A stretch of DNA of 64,000 nucleotides, from IMG/VR virus record IMGVR_UViG_3300010358_000002; one strand, 5' to 3'. Made by a program: the position numbers and the translations under genes. The stretch's first letter is position 1; every line of letters starts with the position of its first letter. The notes below the pieces were generated by a model. It saw only the letters and a program-made list of their open reading frames with translations. It had not been told where the DNA came from and did not search any database. Of this stretch, positions 8,255-17,821 are shown piece after piece. This DNA comes from an uncultured virus (IMG/VR IMGVR_UViG_3300010358_000002). Taxonomy: Duplodnaviria > Heunggongvirae > Uroviricota > Caudoviricetes.

Positions 8255-8283
8255 ATTATACTTTACAGACTAGCGGATTGCAA
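8255..8283 (-). promoter_or_regulatory. Sigma70-type phage promoter (TGTAAAG family)
   Basis: TTGCAA-17bp-TATAAT with TGTAAAG. Confidence 0.75.
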
Positions 8284-8481
8284 CTTCTTTTGCTTCTGTG
8301 CCTCCTTCCGCTTCCTTCGTTTGCGAATCTTTCTTAACATCCCTGCGATATCATGTTCTCTATTGTACTGCTTCTGCCAACAGACAATCGTGCAGTTCTT
8401 TTGCCAAGATCGAGTGGGGACGAATTCATATCCACACCCACGACAGATCCGCATTTCTGGCTGCATCAATGGCTTAACCAT
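8263..8481 (-). CDS. Small zinc-finger protein
   Basis: CRGCGYEF...QKNCTIVC; basic tail. Confidence 0.6.
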   Translation of the reverse strand: MVKPLMQPEMRICRGCGYEFVPTRSWQKNCTIVCWQKQYNREHDIAGMLRKIRKRRKRKEAQKQKKLQSASL

Positions 8482-8522
8482 GGCGTCAAACCCCTTGCTA
8501 GGTACCGCCCTAGCCTAGCACT

Positions 8523-8539
8523 CTGTTAATGGCATTACA
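8523..8539. promoter_or_regulatory. 17-bp motif CTGTTAATGGCATTACA, copy 1
   Basis: Identical at 33814 and 40634. Confidence 0.6.
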
Positions 8540-8596
8540 AGCCTACGCCAGCGTTCCCTGGAGGCATCCCAGGGAAAATGCTAGGTTGCCGCGCAG

Positions 8597-9097
8597 CTAC
8601 AGCAGAGTCATTTGGTGAAGGTGTACGCTCATTGTCCCTAAATTCGTATCGACTAATGCTCGCTTGCCATGCAATAACGAAATAATCATTGCCTGAATAT
8701 CATATACAGGAGTATGAATACGGACCTTCCTTCCAGGTGTGAATGGGTTAACTTGGACTTCTCGTACGAGCACTTTCAGTCCTTCTAATCTCTGCAAGTC
8801 CCATATTACCCTGTCCGGAATCGTGCTGATTTGAGGCCCAAATCTCACGTATCGTGCTCTAACAGGCGTTGATATTAGCATATGGACAGATTCCCCATTT
8901 ACGTCCAATTTCGCAAATATATAGCCTGGATACACAGGTCTCTTTACAACTATAGGTTGTCTCATGCCATGGGGTCGTGTTATCTTATCGTAACGCGGAA
9001 AATATAATTCCACATCAGGGATATTTTCATGCACATGCTCAACGTATTTATTTTGATTCTGCGCGTTTAATCGCAGGAGAGTCCAGCTATTGACCAT
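8597..9097 (-). CDS. nusG: NusG/RfaH-family transcription antitermination factor
   Basis: NGN motifs YFPRY...RPVYPGYIFA, VRFG...TIPD; KOW-like FTPGRKVRI. Confidence 0.85.
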   Translation of the reverse strand: MVNSWTLLRLNAQNQNKYVEHVHENIPDVELYFPRYDKITRPHGMRQPIVVKRPVYPGYIFAKLDVNGESVHMLISTPVRARYVRFGPQISTIPDRVIWDLQRLEGLKVLVREVQVNPFTPGRKVRIHTPVYDIQAMIISLLHGKRALVDTNLGTMSVHLHQMTLL

Positions 9098-10808
9098 CTC
9101 TACTCTCCTCTGGATGCAGCCAGCGTTCTATAATCAAAGAATCAAACATATCAAAAGGAACAGAGATTGTACTACGATACCAACCTCCTTTTCCATAACT
9201 TCTATCATGCTCTAATCCTTTATCGGCTATAAACATTCGGAATCTTTCCGCTTGTCTATCACCTAGACTGAATACCCTCTGGCAATAGAGCAAGCCTTGT
9301 GCCCATTTGAAATAGATCCGATGTTCATCTTCTCTTATAGCAACAGCACCATCATTCTCGCGACCAGATCTTACTAAAGCTGGGATATGGCTATCGAAAA
9401 ATCGCACGAGCATTTCTAGTTCACCAGCATTCTTTTGTAGAATAGTTGGTGGCTCAACTACCATCGCATTTTCTATTGCAACCTGTATCACTCGTTCCCA
9501 CTCCGCCTTCTTAAAGGATGGAGGGAGTACAGTCGCATAAGCCAAACACTTTTCCCGGTACTTCTCTACATTCTTGAATTCAGCAGCACTCATCGGGACT
9601 CTTTCACTCCCTACGTTTATAGTGAAAATGGTCTCACTCCCTCGTTTCGTGATAGTTAATCCTAAATCTTGATGATCAATTCCATTACCTGCGCCTACTC
9701 CATACGGTCGCTGTTTACATGCATGAGCATGGCAACGATTACAAATAGGAGGATTCTTGCATGTATATTCGTAAGCTCGATCCTGCCTATCTTGTTTACT
9801 TTTAAGATCTTTTATCATTTCCTTTAGCTTTTCGCCATCTCCCGTCGGCCTCAACACATTATAATTCACCCATTCTAATACCTTTTCCCAATCTCCAGGA
9901 TATTTTCTCATAAAGAATAGCCCACAGTTGAATAAGAAATAATGTTGATCTCCAGCAGGACATTTCTCTAATGATATATGCCACAGGCATATAGGACCAT
10001 CCCAAAATACAGTTTTGACAGTATCTTCATAAGACTCATTCTCAGGCCATACAAACATTCCTTTAGGATGCTTCTTTCCGTTAGCTCTTCCATTTGCTTT
10101 TGCCTTGAAATCTTCTACAAATAAACCTTTGAAGATATCAAACGTAATCCTCTTCTTCATAGCGTGTATAACAGATTCATACAATTCCATCGCATTACCA
10201 GATTCATTCATACAGCATTGGTCTGGGAATTTATTAGCAGTTGGCCCATAAGGTATGAATATCCAGTTAGGATAACCATCCTTTTCTACTTTCACTTGCT
10301 TGGGGAAAATTTCTTGTCCAGCATATCCTAATTGTGCGGCGATCTGTTTCATTCTCCTAACAGCCAATTCAGCCTCTATTGGCTCGGAAAAGAATAGAGT
10401 AACTCGTAACCCTCCTGACTTGGTGCGAAATACAACCAGAGGCAGCTTTGAATTCTTTATTTTCCACATTTCTTGTGCATAATCAAAATCATAATTCACA
10501 TTATCCTCTGTTTTATCCACATCAATACATGTGAACCAAACAGTGTTGTCGTCTTGTATTGGAGATATTCCTATGAATCTTTCCCCCGATAAATGAGCAC
10601 GCCAATCATCTTCTGTTAATTTTCTATGTCTATATCCAGCAGTACCCTCCTTAAATTTCCACTTTCCTGTTTCTTCATCCTTATTAGCGCCTTTTATATC
10701 ACCATAACCATGGAAACGTTCATTACCTCTAAACAACTCCATTAGTTTCGTAATAATTTCTGCTTGCTTTGAAGCCCCATACGTGCTAAATATATCGTTA
10801 GATGGCAT
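9087..10808 (-). CDS. Archaeo-eukaryotic primase (AEP) family protein with Cys-rich PriL-like region
   Basis: HLSG..IGISP, CIDVD, RTKSGG, EIFPKQ, NWIFIPY; GPICL...YTC..PIC..C...C. Confidence 0.75.
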   Translation of the reverse strand: MPSNDIFSTYGASKQAEIITKLMELFRGNERFHGYGDIKGANKDEETGKWKFKEGTAGYRHRKLTEDDWRAHLSGERFIGISPIQDDNTVWFTCIDVDKTEDNVNYDFDYAQEMWKIKNSKLPLVVFRTKSGGLRVTLFFSEPIEAELAVRRMKQIAAQLGYAGQEIFPKQVKVEKDGYPNWIFIPYGPTANKFPDQCCMNESGNAMELYESVIHAMKKRITFDIFKGLFVEDFKAKANGRANGKKHPKGMFVWPENESYEDTVKTVFWDGPICLWHISLEKCPAGDQHYFLFNCGLFFMRKYPGDWEKVLEWVNYNVLRPTGDGEKLKEMIKDLKSKQDRQDRAYEYTCKNPPICNRCHAHACKQRPYGVGAGNGIDHQDLGLTITKRGSETIFTINVGSERVPMSAAEFKNVEKYREKCLAYATVLPPSFKKAEWERVIQVAIENAMVVEPPTILQKNAGELEMLVRFFDSHIPALVRSGRENDGAVAIREDEHRIYFKWAQGLLYCQRVFSLGDRQAERFRMFIADKGLEHDRSYGKGGWYRSTISVPFDMFDSLIIERWLHPEESRDGQ

Positions 10809-11077
10809 ACCAGCCTCCTGGTTGTGTCATTGCACGATTTGCCGTCGTGCTCTGTTTCCGTCTCTATTCTGCGCCTCCTCCCTCCGCTCCAGCAATGGGG
10901 CGGAGGAACTTTTTGCCAATTATGTCAATTAGATAACGAATTTGTGTTCGTTTGATTACATAGTGTACGCCCCTTTTACCCTGTTGAGCAAGGGGCAGAA
11001 TCTCTCCATTTCTCAGGCTTGCGCTCATAACACTCTCCGTGTTATACTAATTTTCTTACCATTAATAGGAGCACGAT

Positions 11078-12028
11078 ATGAAAACTGCACTCGTCTGCGG
11101 AGCTGGAGGATTTATTGGCCATCACCTCGTTAAACGCCTCAAGAAAGAAGGATATTGGGTCCGTGGTGCGGACCTTCATTTCCCGCTATATTCCCATTCT
11201 CTTGCTGATCACTTCGTTACTGGTGATCTGCGGGATTATGGTTTTTGCTGGAAGGCTGTGAACCAGCAGTGCGAGGAAGTATATCAACTCGCAGCCGAAA
11301 TGGGCGGAGCAGGCTACATATTCACCGGTGATAACGATGCGGAGATCATGCATAACTCAGCTCTTATCAACCTAAATATAGCTGATATCTGCCGCAAGCA
11401 CGAGGTTAAGAAGCTATTCTATTCCTCCTCTGTGTGTATGTATCCTGTAAATCACGATTTCCAATTGGTCCAAGAACACCTCGCATATCCGGCTAATCCC
11501 GATAGCGTATATGGATGGGAAAAGATATTCAGCGAACAGTTATATCAGGCATACCGCCGCAACCATGGATTGCAGACCTATATCGCTCGCTTCCAGAATA
11601 CCTATGGCCCAGAGAGCGATTGGTATAGCGATCGGGCCAAGGCTCCAGCCGCTATATGCCGAAAGATAGCCCAAGCTCCCAATGGCGGAACGATTGAAAT
11701 ATGGGGCGATGGCAATCAATCTCGATCTTTCACATACATAGACGATACTGTAGAAGGAATCTTCCGCCTTATGCAATCTGATTTCCCTGGTCCCGTAAAC
11801 ATTGGCACCGAGGAAATTATCACTATCAAAGATATGGTTGATATAGTCGCGGGTATTGCCGAAAAGCATATCAACATTGCCTGTATTCCTGGTCCTATCG
11901 GCGTACAGGGACGAGGCAGCGACAACCGGTTAATCCGCGAGAAACTTGGATGGGAACCTAAAACAAGGATTCTCTCTGGTCTTACAGATACATATGCATG
12001 GATTGAAGCCCAGTCTCTCAAGAAATAA
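11078..12028 (+). CDS. NAD-dependent epimerase/dehydratase, GDP-mannose 3,5-epimerase-like (extended SDR)
   Basis: GAGGFIG, LAAEMGG, SSSVCMYP, YGWEK (YxxxK), KAPAAICRK, WGDGNQSRSF; own promoter (TTGCGC-18bp-TATACT) and AGGAG RBS. Confidence 0.9.
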   Translation: MKTALVCGAGGFIGHHLVKRLKKEGYWVRGADLHFPLYSHSLADHFVTGDLRDYGFCWKAVNQQCEEVYQLAAEMGGAGYIFTGDNDAEIMHNSALINLNIADICRKHEVKKLFYSSSVCMYPVNHDFQLVQEHLAYPANPDSVYGWEKIFSEQLYQAYRRNHGLQTYIARFQNTYGPESDWYSDRAKAPAAICRKIAQAPNGGTIEIWGDGNQSRSFTYIDDTVEGIFRLMQSDFPGPVNIGTEEIITIKDMVDIVAGIAEKHINIACIPGPIGVQGRGSDNRLIREKLGWEPKTRILSGLTDTYAWIEAQSLKK

Positions 12029-12242
12029 ATATGCCGAGGATTGTCACCCTCGGCCGGTGCTGCCTCCATTCTGCGCCTCGGCAGTCGGCGCACGCCTCAC
12101 TAAGCCCGTTTCGCTTGCTTCAATACCTCAGCAATGCGAAGCATGTTTTCTACTGCTTCTTGATAGCGAGGCGAATCCTTGGGTGTAGCCTCCAACGTAT
12201 TCGCAGCAGCCAGAGCAAGATACTCAAGATCCCTAAGGTTGC

Positions 12243-12560
12243 TCATGGCTGCACCGATGGCAGAGGTTGCCAAGCGACCACTTTGTCGTATTGAGTGCCG
12301 ACAAAGCAATCCTGACACCAGTCCCATCCCACGTATTCCCAATGGCCCTCTTCCTTTGTGCCATCAGAAAGCTCGATTTCCGGATACCAATGACCCATTG
12401 TCACGTAACGAGTGCCTTGTACTTGATCTACAAGACAGTTGGTGCTCTTATCACTTACTTCCACCAATACCAGAACAAGGTCGTTGGGGTAGCACCCTTC
12501 TTCTTCAACCCACGTTTCGACTGGTTGCCAGCCTACACGAATGATCGTTGTGGGGTCCAT
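12243..12560 (-). CDS. Hypothetical phage protein
   Basis: GWQPVET...VVAWQPLP pattern seen in small phage proteins; start chosen from TAATG overlap. Confidence 0.6.
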   Translation of the reverse strand: MDPTTIIRVGWQPVETWVEEEGCYPNDLVLVLVEVSDKSTNCLVDQVQGTRYVTMGHWYPEIELSDGTKEEGHWEYVGWDWCQDCFVGTQYDKVVAWQPLPSVQP

Positions 12561-12775
12561 TAGTTCCTCCACCATCCGTAGCGGCCATCCAACTTCCACC
12601 AATGGCGGCTCTTGGGCAACCGGAGATAACGACGCTTGCCATTGATAACCCAAAACATTTCAGGCCCAGGCCCGAATGTGGGATCAATGCCAAGGGCGAA
12701 CAGCACTTGGCCGTGAGGCCTGCGCTGAATATAGAATGCGTGCCAAGCGCATTTCTTAGCGAATGCTATATTCAT
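12560..12775 (-). CDS. Hypothetical protein
   Basis: Overlapping operon arrangement. Confidence 0.55.
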   Translation of the reverse strand: MNIAFAKKCAWHAFYIQRRPHGQVLFALGIDPTFGPGPEMFWVINGKRRYLRLPKSRHWWKLDGRYGWWRN

Positions 12776-12996
12776 CGCTCACCTTCCCGACGCGGAATGT
12801 GCGTGTCCTTCATAGCCTCGGCCGTTTGATTAAAGGACTTGGCCATAGCACGAGGCTTTGCCGCAGTCAGAATATTGAGCAATCCGCCCAAGCTTCTAAC
12901 ATAGGGGCTCTCCTTATTCTCCGGGAAGTTGTTAATTTCCCGCTGAACAAGAGTTTCTAGCATGGCGATTTGCCATGTATTCAGTTCCGCTTTCAT
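12772..12996 (-). CDS. Hypothetical protein
   Basis: GAAAGGAGC RBS; promoter at 13028-13056. Confidence 0.7.
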   Translation of the reverse strand: MKAELNTWQIAMLETLVQREINNFPENKESPYVRSLGGLLNILTAAKPRAMAKSFNQTAEAMKDTHIPRREGER

Positions 12997-13027
12997 AGCT
13001 GTGCTCCTTTCAAAAGCCAGTATGTAT

Positions 13028-13056
13028 ATTATACTTTACAGAATAGCTGAATGCAA
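13028..13056 (-). promoter_or_regulatory. Sigma70-type phage promoter (TGTAAAG family)
   Basis: TTGCAT-17bp-TATAAT with TGTAAAG. Confidence 0.75.
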
Positions 13057-13248
13057 GCACGGATTTACAATTTGCACTCCCTCTTAAGCGATAAAATCCA
13101 TTTCTGCTGCACCTCGTTTGGCATCGCGTATTCATCTATCGTCAGGATATTTATCATTTCACGTAGAAACGAACGGTCCGGACCATAGAGACACCGCTCC
13201 TGCTTTTCGAGCAAGATTACAAGCTTGAACCATTCGTTGGGTGATAAT

Positions 13249-13500
13249 TCAGCGTAACCAGAGGCAGTGAAAATCCACGTTTTGGTAGAGTTCGCTCCCG
13301 GTACTGGCGAGGATTTTCCCATCACTATATCGCCGACCAATAGACCAGATATAACACTCACGCACAGCATCGCAATAGTCCATGCCACTATCATCCCAAA
13401 GAGTTTCAGGTACCACATAGTAGCGACCCTCTCGCTCACATTTGCTGAGGTCTATAGCCTCGCCATTTTCCAGCTTTTCCTCCATACGCTTATTGATCAT
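13249..13500 (-). CDS. Hypothetical protein
   Basis: GGAG RBS; ATGA overlap. Confidence 0.6.
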   Translation of the reverse strand: MINKRMEEKLENGEAIDLSKCEREGRYYVVPETLWDDSGMDYCDAVRECYIWSIGRRYSDGKILASTGSELYQNVDFHCLWLR

Positions 13501-13706
13501 AGTTTCTCCCCTAGGCTATAGGAGCTGTATCTGCGTTCGATAGAGTTTAGTTTATCTTCGATACGTGGAGCACCGAAACAATCGGTAAGGAGAGGGCGTT
13601 CCATACCTCGTGTAAGAAAAAGCCAATACTGGCGAGCAAAGATCCGTCGCTTTGTTCCCCACAAACTAGCGATATAATCCGCAGCCACCTCGTCTGCTTT
13701 ATCCAC
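13497..13706 (-). CDS. Hypothetical protein
   Basis: GGAGG RBS; overlap with neighbours. Confidence 0.55.
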   Translation of the reverse strand: MDKADEVAADYIASLWGTKRRIFARQYWLFLTRGMERPLLTDCFGAPRIEDKLNSIERRYSSYSLGEKL

Positions 13707-13990
13707 TACTTCCCTCCCTGCACCACCTTCAACTTTCTCTGCGGCACAGTGAGCTCTGGCTTACCATTCACAAACCTAATACCATCTGCACCACACATCA
13801 GCGCCACCGCTGATATAGTCGCAAACTGTGGTCTTTTAGTCTTTTTCCCAAACCAGTTGCTGATTGTGGTAGTACTGACGCCACATTCCGCAATCTGCTT
13901 ACGTTTGAGACCAGATGCCTGCACGATTGTGCGGAGCTCATCGATGATAGGGTCCTGATTACGAAAGACGTATGTGCGATAGGTTTTCAT
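13706..13990 (-). CDS. XRE/Cro-like HTH regulator
   Basis: SGLKRKQIAECGVSTTTISNW...RPQFATISAVA; start from ATGA overlap. Confidence 0.8.
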   Translation of the reverse strand: MKTYRTYVFRNQDPIIDELRTIVQASGLKRKQIAECGVSTTTISNWFGKKTKRPQFATISAVALMCGADGIRFVNGKPELTVPQRKLKVVQGGK

Positions 13991-14334
13991 GCGACCATCC
14001 ATCTAGTTTTCATGCCTGTTCCACGCCGCCGCAGGATGCCTTTTTCAGCAGCATCCCTAAATGTGTTGGAATAGTTTTTCTCACGTTGCCCAAGTCCTCG
14101 CATGAATTCTTTGCCTTGGGCAGCAGTCACCTCCCTTAGTTTGTGGGATTTGAGATATTTGGCAAAAGCCTCTAGGGTACTTCCATGCTCCTGCGCCAGT
14201 CCATTTCTGGTCTTCTTAACGTTCGTTACCGGGGTGACTTCGGGTGTACCGATAGCTATCCCGGTAAGTGCCCTAAGAACCTCTCCTACTTTCTTATCAA
14301 GACAGTAGAATACTACACGACTTACATCACTCAT
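13987..14334 (-). CDS. Hypothetical basic protein (possible winged helix)
   Basis: Operon position; C-terminal helix followed by GILRR. Confidence 0.6.
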   Translation of the reverse strand: MSDVSRVVFYCLDKKVGEVLRALTGIAIGTPEVTPVTNVKKTRNGLAQEHGSTLEAFAKYLKSHKLREVTAAQGKEFMRGLGQREKNYSNTFRDAAEKGILRRRGTGMKTRWMVA

Positions 14335-14336
14335 TC

Positions 14337-14519
14337 CTAATCTCCGTCTATAGGCTCGTCCGTCTCGTATTGCTCCATGATATCCTCACGGAATCGCCTG
14401 AGCTTCTTCTTGGTGCATTTCTTGCAGCCATAGAATAAGAATATCCCATAGCCATCAAGAACTTCCTCACCCTCCAGACCGCTGCCGCAGTCACACTGTG
14501 GGATTGTTTTTCTTGTCAT
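14337..14519 (-). CDS. Small Cys-rich protein
   Basis: CDCGSG...DGYGIF...CKKC. Confidence 0.65.
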   Translation of the reverse strand: MTRKTIPQCDCGSGLEGEEVLDGYGIFLFYGCKKCTKKKLRRFREDIMEQYETDEPIDGD

Positions 14520-14797
14520 GGATTATCATCCATTTCCGGGCTGGAATCAAGATAGGCGTAATACCGGTCCTCGTCGTCCCGCCATTCTCTTTCTTCACGA
14601 GCACGATCGGCGTTGCAGTATGGGCATCCACCCTCTTGGCATTCGGTACGTGATAGGCGTACCAGTAGATTTTCAACGGCTTCTTTGTACTCCGGGTACA
14701 TTTCCAGTCGTTCGGTGCGAAAGTAATCCAGCGCAGTCTGTAGTACAGACCGCTCGCTGTAGGAGTCCAAGTGAAACTCGTTAAGTTTCAGGCCCAT
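14516..14797 (-). CDS. Hypothetical protein
   Basis: Operon position; C..GGCPYC. Confidence 0.6.
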   Translation of the reverse strand: MGLKLNEFHLDSYSERSVLQTALDYFRTERLEMYPEYKEAVENLLVRLSRTECQEGGCPYCNADRAREEREWRDDEDRYYAYLDSSPEMDDNP

Positions 14798-14798
14798 C

Positions 14799-15014
14799 TC
14801 ATCCTACTCCCCACTTACGATTAGTCGCCTTCATCTCATCGAAGCGCAGAGATTTACCCTCTTCCCAGCCCATTCGGTACTCGGGATTATTCATGTAGGT
14901 TTTACTCTTGCCGAGTACGGCATCATACCCACAATAGAAACCGAATACGCGCATACCAACGCGATCCTGAGGATGGTCGAACCACATCATAAGTATAGGG
15001 TCCTTGGTTAACAT
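14799..15014 (-). CDS. Hypothetical protein
   Basis: GAAAGGAGC RBS; promoter at 15049-15077 (TTGCGT-17bp-TAAAGT). Confidence 0.7.
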   Translation of the reverse strand: MLTKDPILMMWFDHPQDRVGMRVFGFYCGYDAVLGKSKTYMNNPEYRMGWEEGKSLRFDEMKATNRKWGVG

Positions 15015-15228
15015 GGCTGGCTCCTTTCATAAGCGTTGCCATATTTATACTTTACGCCAAAGAAAGGCTGAACGCAACAAAGAAATTAGGGTCTACACTC
15101 CTTTGGCGTTCCTCCACGGGCGAGACATTCGTTCTGTTGCTGCTGGAGCTGTTGCTGACGCAAAGGATCAAACCTATGCGGTTGCGAGCAGCCAAACAGA
15201 AGCAAAGATAGAAGTAGGTAGATTGCGC

Positions 15229-15435
15229 TCATCGTTCTCTATCCCACCATGGTACATAGAACCTGGGGCGACGAAGTCCTTTAAACACACGATACGCAAG
15301 CTGCGCCTTAGCGAGTTTGACCATCTGTTCAGCACGTTGGCGACTAACTCCAAAATGACGAGCGATATCATCGTACTTACATCCCTCTAAACGCATATCT
15401 AAAGCTTTGGCATATCGTTGCCAGTTACGGTTCAT
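15229..15435 (-). CDS. Sigma70 region-4-like HTH protein
   Basis: ALDMRLEGCKYDDIARHFGVSRQRAEQM. Confidence 0.7.
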   Translation of the reverse strand: MNRNWQRYAKALDMRLEGCKYDDIARHFGVSRQRAEQMVKLAKAQLAYRVFKGLRRPRFYVPWWDRER

Positions 15436-15699
15436 TTTCTCATTTATGTGTCTGTTCCGGATAATCGGGGTTCTTTGGCTTTCGTTTGCAAACAGTTTCA
15501 TCTCTAATTTGAGTAGCCCAGTCATGGGCAATCTTGCAACAATTACTCAGCTTGTAGCAAGTCTTGCCATTTTCATCAGAGCATCGACTATCACGTTCCC
15601 GACACATATCAATAGCGTGCGCCCCGGATGCATAGAATAGCACCCAGAGCGCCGCGCCTATCAGCAGCAGTTTCTTAGCCTTGCGTCGTTGACGCCAGC

Positions 15700-15993
15700 T
15701 CACCAACGCCTCCCATTAGCGAACATCCCGGCAATGCCAAGGATAGTCCCGGCAATAACCTGAGCGTCTGTGGGAGGTGGCGCTACGATTACAGGTCCAC
15801 CATATACCGGTCCGTAATAAACGGGAGGCGGCGGAACGTAGTAGTAGGGAGGATTGTACAGCGGGGATGCTGGCGAGTATGGGGCAACGAACCCAGGCCC
15901 CTCATGCCAACGACCCCAACGATCAGTCCAAGCGTTTGCCGCAGTATTCGTTAGCACGAGCACAGTAGCAGAGAGTGTGAGTAGCTTTTTCAT
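15700..15993 (-). CDS. Secreted Pro/Tyr-rich protein
   Basis: GAAAGGAGC RBS; promoter at 16025-16053; signal peptide; PPPPVYYGP repeats. Confidence 0.75.
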   Translation of the reverse strand: MKKLLTLSATVLVLTNTAANAWTDRWGRWHEGPGFVAPYSPASPLYNPPYYYVPPPPVYYGPVYGGPVIVAPPPTDAQVIAGTILGIAGMFANGRRW

Positions 15994-16053
15994 GGTATGG
16001 CTCCTTTCAACTAACCATACCATTAGCTTAAATAAGCTTTACAAGGATTGCAA

Positions 16054-16338
16054 CTAAGAATATTTCTTTGGTTTAAGGGCCTTCTGGGGCATAGGATTCT
16101 TGTAATATTCGTCCATCCCTGCCTTTTGTTCCTGATGTATTCTTAGCCTATCTTCCGCAGTCTTGGGTCTATATTCAGTAGTCTGTGGAGGGATTGTAGT
16201 TGGAGTGACCGGTTTCATATGTGGCTGAGCCTCTGGCCCAGACATGACTTTCTGCTGTTCCTCAGCCACCGGTTGTTCTTGGACCTGCTCCTCCACCTGC
16301 TCCTCCACCTGTTCTTCGGTCTTCTTCTTCCTAGCCAT
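16054..16338 (-). CDS. Hypothetical protein with EEQV repeats
   Basis: AAGGAG RBS. Confidence 0.6.
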   Translation of the reverse strand: MARKKKTEEQVEEQVEEQVQEQPVAEEQQKVMSGPEAQPHMKPVTPTTIPPQTTEYRPKTAEDRLRIHQEQKAGMDEYYKNPMPQKALKPKKYS

Positions 16339-16341
16339 GAT

Positions 16342-16560
16342 TTACTCCTTCCGTTTGATAACTACTTCTACCTCGTCCCCCACACTGAGTCCTTCTGGAG
16401 ATTCTTTCCCCACATAGAGATATTCCCAACTACCTTCCAATAGCATGAACCATCCCATATCTTCGTACTCGAATTTTTCCTCGCCTCGTTCGTTTTTCCA
16501 GCCCCGAGAGATTCTTCTCTTGGGCTCGATCTTCTTGACCTGAGAATAGAACTTTATCAT
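16342..16560 (-). CDS. Hypothetical protein
   Basis: TAATG overlap. Confidence 0.6.
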   Translation of the reverse strand: MIKFYSQVKKIEPKRRISRGWKNERGEEKFEYEDMGWFMLLEGSWEYLYVGKESPEGLSVGDEVEVVIKRKE

Positions 16561-16871
16561 TAGTCCATCCTACAGGCTTCGAACGACCTATCCGGCTGTA
16601 TGATTGCAACCCAGGCATGTTCATAGAACACAACTAGTTCATCTCGTAACCAAGCCTGAGCCAACGGAACTAACGGAGGATCTTCAGGATATATGAGCCT
16701 GTTTTGGGCTGTCAGTTTAAATCCTCCAAAAGGACGCCAGCCACCACCATGTCCATAATGCTCATTAAACTGTTCCCGGGCAGGGCGAGGATCATCCCTA
16801 TCCAACCACCCCGGTAATAGGCCCAGATGCTCTGGAGTCATATTAGGGTGGAGCATTTGCCATACTATCAT
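16560..16871 (-). CDS. Hypothetical phage protein
   Basis: GGAGGAG RBS; 103 aa. Confidence 0.7.
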   Translation of the reverse strand: MIVWQMLHPNMTPEHLGLLPGWLDRDDPRPAREQFNEHYGHGGGWRPFGGFKLTAQNRLIYPEDPPLVPLAQAWLRDELVVFYEHAWVAIIQPDRSFEACRMD

Positions 16872-16898
16872 TTCTAATCTCTCCTCCAGGTAGAGCGC

Positions 16899-17153
16899 CT
16901 ATCCCACCAGCGCAGGAAACCACTCTTGAGTCTCGTAACAGTAGAACTTGCCGGAATTGACAGCCTTATGTCGGCAAAAGATAGGAACCATTTCACGATG
17001 CCTGCAAGTCGGTGCTTTGCCTCCTTGTGGGCAGTCACAGTAAAATCTCCCACGCCTATAGGCGATGTTATAAACCTGATCGACAAACCACCAGCTATCA
17101 AACTTCACCATGCGGTAGTTGTCACCGGGTAGAGATTTAAGATTGTAGTACAT
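16899..17153 (-). CDS. SWIM-type zinc-finger protein
   Basis: FYCDCP...TCRH. Confidence 0.7.
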   Translation of the reverse strand: MYYNLKSLPGDNYRMVKFDSWWFVDQVYNIAYRRGRFYCDCPQGGKAPTCRHREMVPIFCRHKAVNSGKFYCYETQEWFPALVG

Positions 17154-17458
17154 CAGATCTTCTTACCACCAAGATTAGGTAGATCCTTCCTGTGAAATAC
17201 CTGATATCCAGACTTATGCAGATGCTCGATAACAAACTCAGGCCCAAGCATAGCGATTAATTGCGCCTTCTTAAGAAGAGGCGGGGTATCCAACCGGTTA
17301 CTCATAGGTGCGGTCCTCTGCTCTATACTAAGATCTGGGAAGCTGCGAGCCAAGCTTCTATCAGTGCCGTGCTTCGCTTTCAGTCGTAGTATCTCCGCCG
17401 CTCTCTTTTTCCACTTCATCCTTGAATTCCTGTTGGAGATCCTCGATGCATTGTTCAT
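17153..17458 (-). CDS. Hypothetical protein
   Basis: Operon position; start uncertain. Confidence 0.5.
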   Translation of the reverse strand: MNNASRISNRNSRMKWKKRAAEILRLKAKHGTDRSLARSFPDLSIEQRTAPMSNRLDTPPLLKKAQLIAMLGPEFVIEHLHKSGYQVFHRKDLPNLGGKKI

Positions 17459-17599
17459 CGTCCCACAAAGCAGCTAGAACCCAACCGGCTCCTTGGAAAA
17501 ATGCCCATCTAAAAGCATTTATGGTTTCTGGGTGCCAGTCAGGATGATGCTTTTCCAGGATACCCCGAAGCATTACCCAACCCTCTTGAATTCTCTTTT

Positions 17600-17821
17600 T
17601 CATCCTTCCACCTTCAGCCATTTGCCATCAGGCTGCTTCTTGTATCGTTGCCCTTTTCCCATACCGAGGCCAGTTCCATACATCTTAAATGAATAGTGAG
17701 ACATGATAGCCCAAGAACCGTATCGTGTCTTACCATCAATAAACTCGTTAATGATAGAGTTACCAAAGTCATCCTTGGTGCCAACATCACTACCCATCCA
17801 GTATCGTGGTTCCTTAGGCAT
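17600..17821 (-). CDS. Hypothetical phage protein
   Basis: FIDGKT..GSWAIM...GLGMGKGQRY. Confidence 0.7.
   Translation of the reverse strand: MPKEPRYWMGSDVGTKDDFGNSIINEFIDGKTRYGSWAIMSHYSFKMYGTGLGMGKGQRYKKQPDGKWLKVEG

Noticed and set aside
8523..8539. CtrA box (TTAA-N7-TTAA)
   Set aside because: The spacing here is TTAA-N5-TTAC, which does not fit.
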